Assembly (NCBI GenBank): GCA_947646915.1 | Contig: CANSII010000006.1 | Coordinates: 37 to 64,036 of the forward strand | DNA length: 64,000 bases | Source of the DNA: an uncultured Clostridium sp. | Lineage (GTDB): Bacteria > Bacillota > Clostridia > TANB77 > CAG-508 | Direction of reading: 5' to 3' | Shown here: positions 10,061 to 19,438 of the stretch, piece by piece | Position numbering within the stretch: the first letter of the stretch is position 1 | Layout: the number at the start of each line of letters is the position of its first letter | Made by a program: the position numbers and the translations under genes | The notes under the pieces: model-generated | Database searches by the model: none | Told to the model about the DNA's origin: nothing | Seen by the model: only the letters and a program-made list of their open reading frames with translations

Positions 10061-10685
10061 ATGGATACATTAGATCAAGTAGTAACTTATCTAACTATTC
10101 TTTCAGGCTTTGCAGCAGTCCTTATGATACTTATTGCAGTTTTTAAAATTATGATGGGAGATGAAGGAGATTCAAAAAGATATTTAAACAGAATAAAACA
10201 TGGATTAATAGCATTTGTTTTAATCATCTCTATTACTAATATAAAGACTTTAATTTTAGATTATTTTCCATATGAGCAATCACCAGAAGTAATTGGAGAT
10301 TTTTCAGGAATAAAAACTAGCATTATAGACGGAACTTTAGAAGAAGACCATAAAGATGTAGAAGGGAGACAAGTTATAAAGGTAGACCACCAATACTATG
10401 TAAAAACTGAAGATAAATTGATTAATCTTGGAACATGGACTAATAGTTTTAAAATATGGTGTTCGGTCTACAAAATGTATGATGATTGCCAACGGAATAA
10501 CTCGTGGAAGTATAGCAAAAGACCAATATTACATATCATGGGAGAAAGATAAAGTGGAATCTGAATATCAAGGATTTTTATTTTCAGCAGATGCCAAAGG
10601 AACAGTTAAATCAAAAGAAGATTTTTATAATTTAATGGGAGATTGGAAAGATAAGAAATATCAACAATTTACATGGGTAGAATAG
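10061..10685 (+). CDS. Membrane protein with two N-terminal TM helices and a C-terminal extracytoplasmic domain; one CGG +1 site at 10493
   Basis: Skipping C10493 joins ...KMYDDCQ to GITRGSIAKDQYYISWEKDK... ORF-track entry 10428-10685 is its 3' part. N-terminal motif KIMMGDEGDSKRY is related to 6954..7332. Confidence 0.6.
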
Positions 10686-10696
10686 GAGTGAAAAGT

Positions 10697-11044
10697 ATGT
10701 ATGATGAACAATACCAAATACCTATACCAGCAGATGTCAGAACTCGTATGGAGTTAATCAATGGAATAGGAATAGAAGAATTAGTTAATACAGGGGTAGC
10801 AGGAATAATAGGAATATTATTAGGATATATCTATAACTTAATGTTTCATAATTATCTTATAGCAGTTGGGATTTTTGGAGTAATAACTGTTTTAACTTTT
10901 ATTGCAGTTATGAAAGATAAGCACAATACATCAATTGCAATGTTAATAGGGAATATTATTAAATTTTATAATAGTCAACAATATTTTAAATATGAGAAAA
11001 TTGTAAGGAGGAGGGAAAATAATTATGAGCTTATTATTATTTGA
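10697..11044 (+). CDS. VirB3/PrgI/TcpE-like small T4SS membrane protein
   Basis: ATG at 10697 after AGGAG. Two adjacent TM helices follow a short cytoplasmic N-terminus (IPIPADVRTRMELINGIGIEEL). Lies immediately upstream of the VirB4-like gene, as in Gram-positive T4SS loci. Confidence 0.55.
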   Translation: MYDEQYQIPIPADVRTRMELINGIGIEELVNTGVAGIIGILLGYIYNLMFHNYLIAVGIFGVITVLTFIAVMKDKHNTSIAMLIGNIIKFYNSQQYFKYEKIVRRRENNYELIII

Positions 11045-11633
11045 TAGTTTATTTAAAAAGAAAGAAAACATTTCAGCTAATAGGTTTTTAAATATACGAG
11101 ACATACAGGGAAATTTTCTATATACAATAGATAATAAAGTATTAGCCTATTTAAAGATATATACAAAAAATTGTAAATTAATGAGCAAAGATGAGCAGGT
11201 AGGACATGGAAGAAACTTAACTAAAAGTTTTGTAGCAGAATTAAAACCATTTAAATTATTCTTTACAAATAGACCAATAGACCTTGCAAAAAACCAAGAT
11301 TATCAGTTATCACTAATTGAGAAAGAAAACGATTCTTTCAAATATAATCTGTTAGAACAAAGAAATGCAAGTTTTAATTCTCTTGCAACAAGAGGTAGAG
11401 CAGTAGAATCGGAAATATATTTTATTATTTGGGAAGAAAATAATGATTATGCCGAAGATAATCTAATGAAAAGATTAAATGAAATAAAATTAAAATTTGC
11501 AAATGTAGGGTATAAAACAGAAATTTTAACAGAAAAATTAATTATACAATTAGTGAATAGCTTTAATAATACTGATGATATTTATTTAGAAGATTCAAAC
11601 TATTTAGAAAGTCCTTTAGTTGTTAATATTTAA
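11025..11633 (+). CDS. N-terminal-domain-like fragment of a VirB4/TcpF/Orf16-type ATPase, encoded as a separate ORF
   Basis: The sequence FLNIRDIQGNFLYTIDNKVLAYLKIYTKNCKLMSKDEQ resembles the start of Gram-positive VirB4 homologues. It is separated from the ATPase body by promoter module copy 3. Confidence 0.5.
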   Translation: MSLLLFDSLFKKKENISANRFLNIRDIQGNFLYTIDNKVLAYLKIYTKNCKLMSKDEQVGHGRNLTKSFVAELKPFKLFFTNRPIDLAKNQDYQLSLIEKENDSFKYNLLEQRNASFNSLATRGRAVESEIYFIIWEENNDYAEDNLMKRLNEIKLKFANVGYKTEILTEKLIIQLVNSFNNTDDIYLEDSNYLESPLVVNI

Positions 11634-11636
11634 TAA

Positions 11637-11737
11637 GGGAAAATTTTGGGAATTGAAAGCTAATTTCTTCAAATATATAATGATAACATACAAAAAGAGT
11701 AAAGACTAGGTTTAGCAACCTGGCATTACTCTTTTTT
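11637..11737 (+). promoter_or_regulatory. Promoter module copy 3 (between the two VirB4-like ORFs)
   Basis: GGGAA at 11637 and 11648, TTGAAA at 11653, N17, TATAAT at 11676. Hairpin AAAAAGAGTAAAGACTAGGT/ACCTGGCATTACTCTTTTTT. Confidence 0.75.
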
Positions 11738-11766
11738 ATTATATTGAAGAGAGGAGCTAGGACAAA

Positions 11767-13595
11767 ATGAAATCAAAAAAGATGGAAGCAATTCCTATTA
11801 ATGTTGATTTGCTAAATTTAATTACACCACAAGGAATCGAAATAAAAAACAATAAAGTTCAGTTAGGAGATACAACACATAAACTACAATATATTAGTGG
11901 GTATCCTTCAACTGTAAATGTTCGGATGGCTAATGAATTTGAAAGATATGAAAAGTAGCACAGTAAGTTTATTGGTTAGTCCTATAGAAGATATTCAAAG
12001 TTATGTAGAAGGAATTAGTAAAGGTCTTGCTACAGATAAAAATACCTATAATACAACTAATAACGAAGCTCTAAAGACACAAGCAGAATTCAAAATTGCT
12101 TCAGCAGAAAAAATTATTAGAGATATAACAGTAAATAATATTCCATATGTGAATTTGTCATTCTTAACCAGAACATCAGGAAAAACAGATAATGCTTTTT
12201 TAGAAAATTGTAGAAAAGTTAAAAATGAAATTGCAGGAATGGGATTAAAAGCAAGAGTACCAGCATTTATTCAAGAAAAAGCATTAAGACAAGCTGGACC
12301 ATATGATACTTTTGACCAAGAGATACTAGATATGTCAAATAAAAATATGTCATTAGAAGCATTATTTCTAGGGTTACCATTCAGTCGGAAGTGGAATTGT
12401 AGACAAAGAAGGCTACTATTTAGGTACGGATGAAGATGGAAAAATAATTATATTATCACCATTTTGTAAAACACCAGCAAGACCAAATTCAAACTGTGTT
12501 ATAACAGGAGCTTCTGGAAGTGGAAAATCATACTTGGCTAAGAAAATACTATTTAATGAATGGTTGAATGGAACAAAAATTTATGCAATAGATCCAGAAG
12601 GTGAAATGCGAGATATGTGCAGAAGAGTAAAAGGAAAGTGGGTAGATTGTTCAGGTGGAACAGGTGAGAATGTTGGAAGATTAAATCCATTGCAAGTCAA
12701 TCCATTGCCAACACAAACAGAAAGTGATGAAGAAGATGAATATATATCAACAAAATCAGCTTTATCATTACATATGAATTTTTTATCTACATTTTTCAAA
12801 TTATACTTCCCAGATATAACAACATTACAAATGAGTATCTTAATGGAATCACTAGAAGAATTATATAAAAATTTTAATATTGACTGGGAAACAGATGTAA
12901 CTAAAATGAAAAGTACAGAATTTCCAATTATGGAAAACCTATATTATTTATTAGAAGATAAAGCTAATAAACCTTCAGAACATAAAAAACATTATGAAAC
13001 ATTAAGGTCAGTTATAAGAGGGCTTGCGATAGGAGAAAGCAAAGAATTATTTAATGGCCATTCTACAATAAAGATTGACAATTCTTTTGTATGTTTTGAT
13101 GTAAGTGCGTTACAAAATTCAAACGAAAATATTAAAAGATGTCAATATTTAAACATTTTGAGATTTTGTGAAAATTTAGCATTTAGAGATAGAACAGAAA
13201 AAGTATATGTAGCATGTGATGAGGCTTATTTGCTTATAGATAAGAAAATAAAAGAATCTATTGAATTCTTACGAAATTTTTGTAAAAGATGTCGTAAATA
13301 TCAGGCTCGGACTAATGATAATTTCTCAAAATTTAGTGGATTTTTTATCTCCAGAAGTAAAACAGTATCGGACAAGCAATACTAGACAATAGCACTTATA
13401 AATTTTTTTTCGGAACAGATGGTCAAGATTTGGTAGAAATTGTAAGAATTTACAATCTAAATCAAGATGAAAAAGCAATAATTAGTCAAAAGGACCAACG
13501 GAAGAGGATTGTTATTTATAGGATCTGGACATATGTTAATAAATGTTAAAGGATTAAAATATGAAGAACCATTCTTAGTTGGAGGTGGTATCTAA
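11767..13595 (+). CDS. VirB4-like T4SS ATPase (TcpF/Orf16 type) with five CGG +1 sites
   Basis: Skipping C at 11923, 12386, 13308, 13369 and 13499 gives one continuous protein with YPSTVNVGWLMNL, P-loop GASGSGKS and Walker B YVACDEAYLLID. Its end overlaps the next start (TAATG). Confidence 0.9.
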
Positions 13596-14284
13596 TGTCA
13601 ACATCTATTGAAGATATTGGAGCAACTGCTTTTAATTTTCTTTCATTAAAAGTAAAAGCAATTATATTAGGAATAATTATAGGATTGTTCTTTTTAATAA
13701 TAATACCAGTTTTATTGATAGCAGGATTATTTACAACTGATAATAATGAAGATACAGAAGAAACAACCACTTCATCAGTAGTATCAGGAGAAGTGATTTC
13801 AGATGAAGATTTAACCAAATATGCAGAAGCAAAATTTATTATTCCATTTGCAAAATGGGATTCTGCTTCAGGAAAAATAACATCAAAACATGGTTATAGA
13901 ATTCATCCAGTAACTGGAGTAAAAAAGAAACATACAGGTATGGATTTAGTTTCATTATCAAGTAATAAAATAGTTGCAGCAGAAGATGGTGTTGTTTCTT
14001 TAAGAACTTATAATAATTTAGGTTCTAGTTTTGGAAATGGAGTTGAGATATTACATACATTGCCAGATGGTACAAAAATATATACTTTTTATGCTCATAT
14101 GAAAGATGGAACTGTTAGTTGTAAAGTAGGAGATACTATAAAAAAAGGAGAAGTAATTGGCATAATGGGTAGTACAGGACTATCAACAGGAGATCACTTA
14201 CACTTTGAAGTAAGAACGAAGTCTGGATATGGGAATGATATTAATCCAGCTCCATTTTTGTTTGGAAATATATTAGAAGCATAA
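13595..14284 (+). CDS. Membrane-anchored M23-family peptidoglycan endopeptidase
   Basis: N-terminal TM helix, HTGMDL (HxxxD) and GDHLHFEV (HxH) motifs. Confidence 0.85.
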   Translation: MSTSIEDIGATAFNFLSLKVKAIILGIIIGLFFLIIIPVLLIAGLFTTDNNEDTEETTTSSVVSGEVISDEDLTKYAEAKFIIPFAKWDSASGKITSKHGYRIHPVTGVKKKHTGMDLVSLSSNKIVAAEDGVVSLRTYNNLGSSFGNGVEILHTLPDGTKIYTFYAHMKDGTVSCKVGDTIKKGEVIGIMGSTGLSTGDHLHFEVRTKSGYGNDINPAPFLFGNILEA

Positions 14285-14291
14285 AAGAGAG

Positions 14292-14630
14292 GTGAGAAAA
14301 GTGAAAAGTAAGGAAGAATTAATTAAACAAGTAGTAATACTAGTAATAGCTTTATTTGTAGTTATTGTAATGGCTATTTGCTTAAATATGGGAAAAGGAA
14401 AAAAAGATGATAAAGAAATCACAGTAAGAAATAGCCAAAATACTACTATTGAAGAAAATAAAAATGAAATGATTGATAATTTAAAAGGTTTGTTAGAAGC
14501 ACCAACTCAAAATGAATTTGAAGATAGTGGAACTATAAAACAGCCAATAGAAACAGGAGTGAAACATGAATTAAGAACAAATAGTAATGAAGTAATTCGA
14601 TATGAGGAAATTTGGAATGGAGATAATTAG
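14292..14630 (+). CDS. Hypothetical membrane-anchored protein
   Basis: ORF track, GTG start after AGAGAGG, one TM helix. Confidence 0.5.
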   Translation: MRKVKSKEELIKQVVILVIALFVVIVMAICLNMGKGKKDDKEITVRNSQNTTIEENKNEMIDNLKGLLEAPTQNEFEDSGTIKQPIETGVKHELRTNSNEVIRYEEIWNGDN

Positions 14631-14648
14631 AGAAAAGGAGATATTTAA

Positions 14649-15806
14649 ATGGAAGAAGATGAAAAAACTTATCAAAAGTATATATACATTTCTAATAAAG
14701 TGAATCCTATTATTGAAGAAGTATGTAAAGAAAATAAAATACATTTGGTAAATAGATACATAAATGATTATAGTCTCGATAGTTTTTTACAAACTGAATT
14801 GCCAATACTTAATAACATAGATTTTTTAATTATAGATTATGCAGCTATAAATAAAATGACAAAAGATAATGATATTATTACAACAGTAGAAAAAATAAGA
14901 AGATTTTGTGAGTTAAGAATTATATTTATTTTAGAAGGAGCAGGAAAAGGAAATACATTACTTGGTAGATTGTTTTATTTAGGAATATATAATTTTATAA
15001 CTGCTACAAATGATATTCTTTTCAAAGAAGAACTAGAGAAGACATTAACACCTAAAGGAATGAATTTTGCAAATTCTGTTAAATTCCAATTAGAAAACAA
15101 TTTTCTTTCAATTAATAATGGAACAAAGGTTATAAAAGAAAACTACATAAAAATTAAGCAAAAAGTAACAGTTGGTATATGTTCGAGCGAAAGACACATA
15201 GGAGCTACTACACAAGCAATTAATATGACTAAGTATTTATCTGAACTACCTAATGTTAATGTATGTTATATAGAAAATAATAGGTATAACAGTATAATTC
15301 AAATTTATAATACTTCTAACAAAGAAGAAGTGAATTATTATGAACAATCTGGAAAAATAGAATATCAAGGAATAGAAATGTATTTGCAGAGTGGCATAAG
15401 TGAGATTATGAATGATAAATATGATTTTCTTATTTTTGATTTTGGATCAATGCAGGACATGAATGATAGTGAAGTAAACAATTTCTTAACAAAAGATATA
15501 AAGTTTATAGTTAGTGGAACAAAATCATGGGAACTTCCAGGTTTATTTGGATGTTTTGAAAAGATAGGGAATGATAAAAACATAAACTTTATATTCAACT
15601 TTACTAAAAAAGAAGATAGACAATTCTTTAAAAATAATATGGGAGATTTCAAAGGAAATACAATGTTTAGCGAATATATAGATAATCCTTTTGTAGTGGC
15701 TAATAAATTATATTTGGAAAGAATATTCAATCCATTTATTTTGAATACAGACATTAAAGAAGTAAAGAAGAATAAATTTATGCAGTTATTTAAAAAGAAG
15801 GAGTAA
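14649..15806 (+). CDS. Hypothetical protein, possibly a degenerate ParA/CpaE-like NTPase fold
   Basis: ORF track. VTVGICSSERHIGATTQAINMTKYL looks like a deviant P-loop region. Weak call. Confidence 0.45.
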   Translation: MEEDEKTYQKYIYISNKVNPIIEEVCKENKIHLVNRYINDYSLDSFLQTELPILNNIDFLIIDYAAINKMTKDNDIITTVEKIRRFCELRIIFILEGAGKGNTLLGRLFYLGIYNFITATNDILFKEELEKTLTPKGMNFANSVKFQLENNFLSINNGTKVIKENYIKIKQKVTVGICSSERHIGATTQAINMTKYLSELPNVNVCYIENNRYNSIIQIYNTSNKEEVNYYEQSGKIEYQGIEMYLQSGISEIMNDKYDFLIFDFGSMQDMNDSEVNNFLTKDIKFIVSGTKSWELPGLFGCFEKIGNDKNINFIFNFTKKEDRQFFKNNMGDFKGNTMFSEYIDNPFVVANKLYLERIFNPFILNTDIKEVKKNKFMQLFKKKE

Positions 15807-15808
15807 AT

Positions 15809-16093
15809 ATGGAAAAGCACACATTATATAAAGCATATATTAAAGAAAAGAAACAAAAAGAGAAAAATGACAAAACAATAAAAAAATACAATTTATCTTC
15901 AGATAAAAATACAATAGTTATAAATCAAAATTCAAATAAGATTATTAAGTTTTTATCATTAATAATAGATGTTTTTGTAAAAATTTTGAAATTAACAATA
16001 ATAGTAGGAATTGTTGGATTAGTCACAATAGGGGCAACTGTTGTATTAAATAAGGAATTATTGAATTATATATTGAATTTTATGGGAGGATAA
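15809..16093 (+). CDS. Small membrane protein
   Basis: ORF track, AAGGAG upstream, C-terminal TM helix. Confidence 0.5.
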   Translation: MEKHTLYKAYIKEKKQKEKNDKTIKKYNLSSDKNTIVINQNSNKIIKFLSLIIDVFVKILKLTIIVGIVGLVTIGATVVLNKELLNYILNFMGG

Positions 16094-16097
16094 TATT

Positions 16098-16814
16098 ATG
16101 AGAAGAATAACATATTTAATTGATGATAAAGTAGGATTTGAAAAATTGTTAAAGAAGAAAAAACCACAGTTATCTGAAGAAGAACTACAAAAAAGATTAG
16201 ATGATATAAAAGGATTTTCCGCTTATTATACTTTACAAGAAAATAAAAGTGATATGAGATATTCTCTTGAAGACTTAAACGGAAAAAGAATTAATATAAA
16301 TAATTTAAACGGATATGAAAATATGTATTTGAATGAGTGCTTTGATTGTTTTATAAAGAAAAGAAAAATACCAGCAGAGTATAAAGATTTTATCAAGATT
16401 TTAGATAAACCAAAAGAAATGAATTTTGGACATAATGTTAGATACGAAATATTTCAATGTTATGCAAAGAAGAATAATATAAAAGGAACAGCAACTGAAT
16501 ATATTAATTTTGTAGACAATAAATATAATGGTAGAGAAGATCATACAATAAAAAGTATGTATGAATCATTTTATAATTATTTAGAAACAAATACAGAAAA
16601 ATTGGATATTTTAAAAAATGCACTAACCCCAATTTTACCCATAGAATATATAAACGAATTAGACACAGAAGATATAGTAGAATGGGCTTTAGAAGAAAAA
16701 GCACAACTTAATATAAGTGATAAAGAATTACAAATTAGGTTGAATAATTTATTAGATGCAAATATGGAAACTAATTCAAATGATTGTGATAATGAAGAGG
16801 AAGAAGAAATGTAA
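16098..16814 (+). CDS. Hypothetical protein with acidic tail (NEEEEEM)
   Basis: ORF track, GGGAGGA upstream. Confidence 0.55.
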   Translation: MRRITYLIDDKVGFEKLLKKKKPQLSEEELQKRLDDIKGFSAYYTLQENKSDMRYSLEDLNGKRININNLNGYENMYLNECFDCFIKKRKIPAEYKDFIKILDKPKEMNFGHNVRYEIFQCYAKKNNIKGTATEYINFVDNKYNGREDHTIKSMYESFYNYLETNTEKLDILKNALTPILPIEYINELDTEDIVEWALEEKAQLNISDKELQIRLNNLLDANMETNSNDCDNEEEEEM

Positions 16815-16827
16815 AAAATATTTCAAA

Positions 16828-16985
16828 GGGAAAAAAAAGGGAATTGTTTTTTTAAAATAATAAATATATAATCTAGTTATTCCAAAATTATTCTTGAGTA
16901 GTTTTATATATTCTATCAAAGAATATCTCTCCTTTCATTTATTTTTTTAAAAGAAGACATCAATAAAAGGTGTCTTCTTTTTTAA
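16828..16985 (+). promoter_or_regulatory. Promoter module copy 4, driving an ORF-less leader of about 110 nt that ends at a strong terminator (candidate small RNA)
   Basis: GGGAA at 16828 and 16839, TTGTTT at 16844, N17, TATAAT at 16867. Terminator AAAAGAAGACA/TGTCTTCTTTTTT at about 16950-16985. No plausible ORF in between. Confidence 0.6.
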
Positions 16986-17093
16986 CAAAGTAATATAGAA
17001 TATTTTACCTATATAACTTGGTTTTTATCTTATGTATAAATTTGGAAATCCTTGTTATTATAATATTAACTATAATAATGAGGAGTAATTTAA

Positions 17094-17447
17094 ATGACAA
17101 GCAAATATGAAAAAGAAAAATTAAAAATAGTTGGACAAAACTATCAAAAAGCAAGGATTGCTAATGGAATTACACAAGAGGTAGCAGCAGAAGTGCCAGA
17201 ATTGTCACCATCATATTTATCAGATCTTGAACGAGGAAAATCACTTGGAAGCATTCACACATTGATTTCATTGTGTAATCTATATAAAATCACACCGAAC
17301 GATATTTTGAAGCCTTTAATCAATTTTGATATAAATTTAACCAATTCACTCTTAGTAGGATTTAATTCGTTGAATGAAACGAATCAAGAAGTTATTAGTG
17401 AAATGATAAGAGTTTTAAATGAGAAACAAATAAAGGATAAGAGTTAA
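17094..17447 (+). CDS. XRE-family helix-turn-helix transcriptional regulator (second copy)
   Basis: ITQEVAAEVPELSPSYLSDLERGKSLGSIHTLISLCNLYKITPNDIL. Hairpin terminator AAGAGT-TAAT-ACTCTT plus T-run follows the stop. Confidence 0.8.
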   Translation: MTSKYEKEKLKIVGQNYQKARIANGITQEVAAEVPELSPSYLSDLERGKSLGSIHTLISLCNLYKITPNDILKPLINFDINLTNSLLVGFNSLNETNQEVISEMIRVLNEKQIKDKS

Positions 17448-17525
17448 TACTCTTATTTTTTTGTGTAATATAAGTATCATATCCATAATGATAGGGGAAA
17501 ATTTCCATTTTTTGTTTTTCTTCTA

Positions 17526-17554
17526 TTGAATAAAATGTAAAAATAAAGTATAAT
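17526..17554 (+). promoter_or_regulatory. Conventional sigma-A-type promoter TTGAAT-N17-TATAAT for the SSB operon
   Basis: Read directly. Preceded at 17494 by GGGGAAAATTTCC, a variant of the box, at non-canonical spacing. No leader hairpin. Confidence 0.5.
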
Positions 17555-17618
17555 TGTATGAAAATGGTATTTTATAAGTTTTTATATCATTTACGAAAGA
17601 ATAATAGGAGGAACACAA

Positions 17619-18266
17619 ATGAGTTTAAATAATACTAATAATACAATATTAGTTGGAATAATTGTAAGTGAAAAGACATTTAGTCACGAAATGTATGGAG
17701 AAATATTTTATAATTTTAATGTAGAAGTAAAGAGATTAAGTGATGAAAAAGATATTATTCCTGTAACAGCTTCAGAAGTGTTGATAGATAGCAGATTTGG
17801 TATAGGAACAAAAATATTAGTAAAAGGTCAATTTAGATCCTACAATACCACAGAAGAGGAGAAAAATAAATTAAAATTAACAATATTTGCAAAAGATATT
17901 TTTTATAATGAAGAAGTTGATGAACAAATAAAAGAAAATAAAGAACAAACATTAAATCAAGTGAATTTAATAGGATATATCTGTAAAAAACCTATATATC
18001 GAGAAACACCAAAAGGAAGGGAAATTACAGATTTATTATTAGCTGTAAACCGAGCATATAACAAATCAGATTACATTCCTGCTATAACTTGGGGAAGAAT
18101 GGCAAGAATGTGCAAAAAGTTTGAAGTAGGTACTGAAGTAAGTGTAACTGGAAGATTCCAATCAAGAGAGTATGAAAAAAAGTGTGATAATGGAAAGACA
18201 GAAATAAAGACAGCTTACGAATTATCTGTTATGTTAATAGAAGAAAATGTAAGAAAGGAAGTATAA
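17619..18266 (+). CDS. Single-stranded-DNA-binding-like protein with two tandem OB-fold halves and no acidic tail
   Basis: Two repeats of the pattern N-V-L-G-I...VKGQFRSY / VTGRFQSREYEKK...KTAYELSV, typical of SSB OB folds. Confidence 0.65.
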   Translation: MSLNNTNNTILVGIIVSEKTFSHEMYGEIFYNFNVEVKRLSDEKDIIPVTASEVLIDSRFGIGTKILVKGQFRSYNTTEEEKNKLKLTIFAKDIFYNEEVDEQIKENKEQTLNQVNLIGYICKKPIYRETPKGREITDLLLAVNRAYNKSDYIPAITWGRMARMCKKFEVGTEVSVTGRFQSREYEKKCDNGKTEIKTAYELSVMLIEENVRKEV

Positions 18267-18431
18267 ATGGAAGTAAAAGAAAACGATTTAATAAAAGAAA
18301 ATGGAGAAAAATTAAAGGAAATGGTTAAAAATAAATGTTCTTATGAAGAATTATGGAATCAAAGTAAAATTATAGATGAATTATTAGTAAAAAAAATGAA
18401 TGATAACTTAAAAAGTAAAACTAATAAATAA
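18267..18431 (+). CDS. Small Spo0E-like (aspartyl-phosphate phosphatase family) protein, 54 aa
   Basis: Not in the ORF track (under 60 aa). ATG overlaps the SSB stop (TAAATG). LKEMVKNKCSYEELWNQSKIIDELLVKKM resembles the Spo0E helix-hairpin. Confidence 0.4.
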   Translation: MEVKENDLIKENGEKLKEMVKNKCSYEELWNQSKIIDELLVKKMNDNLKSKTNK

Positions 18432-18441
18432 ATTTCTAGGA

Positions 18442-18951
18442 GTGACCAAATTGAATGAAAAATTAGAATTTAAAGACAAAAAAATTAGCAGAGAAGATTT
18501 AAATAGAATACTAGAAGCTGGAATTTTATCACCTACAGCAAAAAGTTTACAACCACAAAAAATATATGTTATTGAATCTAAAGAAGGATTGAATAAAATA
18601 CAAAAGATAACTAATCGTAAATCACCAACTGTATTAATGGTTTGTGGAGATGCAGAAAAATGTTACAGAGAAAATCATGCAATATCATATTTACAAGATT
18701 GTCTCTTAGTATCAATTCATATGATATTAGAAGCTACATATTTAGGTATTGATAATATATATGATAGATACCTTGATTTTGGAAATAAATTAGAAAAAGC
18801 ATTTAAATTAGATATTAATAGTATGCCTGTAAGTTTAATTTACTTAGGTTATAAAACAGATGATTCAATAGGTTGGAAAGCAAGTGATTTCACTTGTAAT
18901 TTATTGCCTAAACGAAAAAAGGACATTAACGAAATTGTAAAATATATTTAA
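18442..18951 (+). CDS. Nitroreductase-family protein
   Basis: ISREDLNRILEAGILSPTAKSLQPQKIYVIES...LLVSIHMILEATYLGI resembles the NfsB/NfnB-like fold. GTG start after AGGAG. Confidence 0.65.
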   Translation: MTKLNEKLEFKDKKISREDLNRILEAGILSPTAKSLQPQKIYVIESKEGLNKIQKITNRKSPTVLMVCGDAEKCYRENHAISYLQDCLLVSIHMILEATYLGIDNIYDRYLDFGNKLEKAFKLDINSMPVSLIYLGYKTDDSIGWKASDFTCNLLPKRKKDINEIVKYI

Positions 18952-18972
18952 TTAAACAAAGGATGATAGAAA

Positions 18973-19224
18973 ATGCACATTGATTTAACAGAGAAAATGA
19001 TTGTCGAATTGTATGAAAGTTTATCAAATAAAATAGTTGAAGATTTAGGAAAAAAATACAATAAAAAAGAAAAACTAATTAGGCTAATGATAAATTTCGC
19101 AATATTAGAAGGATATAATGTGTTAGAAGCAAAAGAACTGATAGAACAGTTTGAAATTATAAAAAAAGATAATAAAATTAAACAAAGAACAAATTGTATC
19201 AAAAGAGAGAAGAAGTTTGTATGA
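18973..19224 (+). CDS. Hypothetical small protein
   Basis: ORF track, AAAGGATGA upstream. Confidence 0.5.
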   Translation: MHIDLTEKMIVELYESLSNKIVEDLGKKYNKKEKLIRLMINFAILEGYNVLEAKELIEQFEIIKKDNKIKQRTNCIKREKKFV

Positions 19225-19430
19225 GCAAATTTAGAATACCTAAGATACCATCCTCAGAACAACGAACTATTAGATTTCCAGATGACTTAATTGAAGAAGT
19301 AGAAAAATATATTGAAGGAACAGATTACACATTTAGTTCCTTTATTAGAAAAGCAGTAGAAATGGCTTTAAAGGATTTAGAAGAACAAGAGATAGAAAAC
19401 CATAATAAACAGAATAACAAAGAAGAGTAG
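19221..19430 (+). CDS. Ribbon-helix-helix (CopG/Arc-like) small protein
   Basis: RTIRFPDDLIEEVEKYIEGTDYTFSSFIRKAVEMALKDL fits strand-helix-helix. ATG at 19221. Confidence 0.5.
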   Translation: MSKFRIPKIPSSEQRTIRFPDDLIEEVEKYIEGTDYTFSSFIRKAVEMALKDLEEQEIENHNKQNNKEE

Positions 19431-19438
19431 AGGGAGTT

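Noticed and set aside
10428-10685. Track ORF 10428-10685 as an independent overlapping gene; similarly 5508-5765, 5792-6937, 11918-12433, 12534-13385, 29800-31059, 33939-34589, 36026-36619, 40072-41025 and 58270-59274
   Set aside because: These are downstream fragments of single genes joined through CGG +1 sites. Their listed ATG starts lack SDs, and the proteins are continuous with the upstream fragments.
16925-16945. Minus-strand mini-ORF starting ATGAAAGGAGAG (16 aa) inside the copy-4 leader
   Set aside because: It has no SD upstream on the minus strand and is very short. The motif is better explained as a C/U-rich stretch of the + strand RNA.
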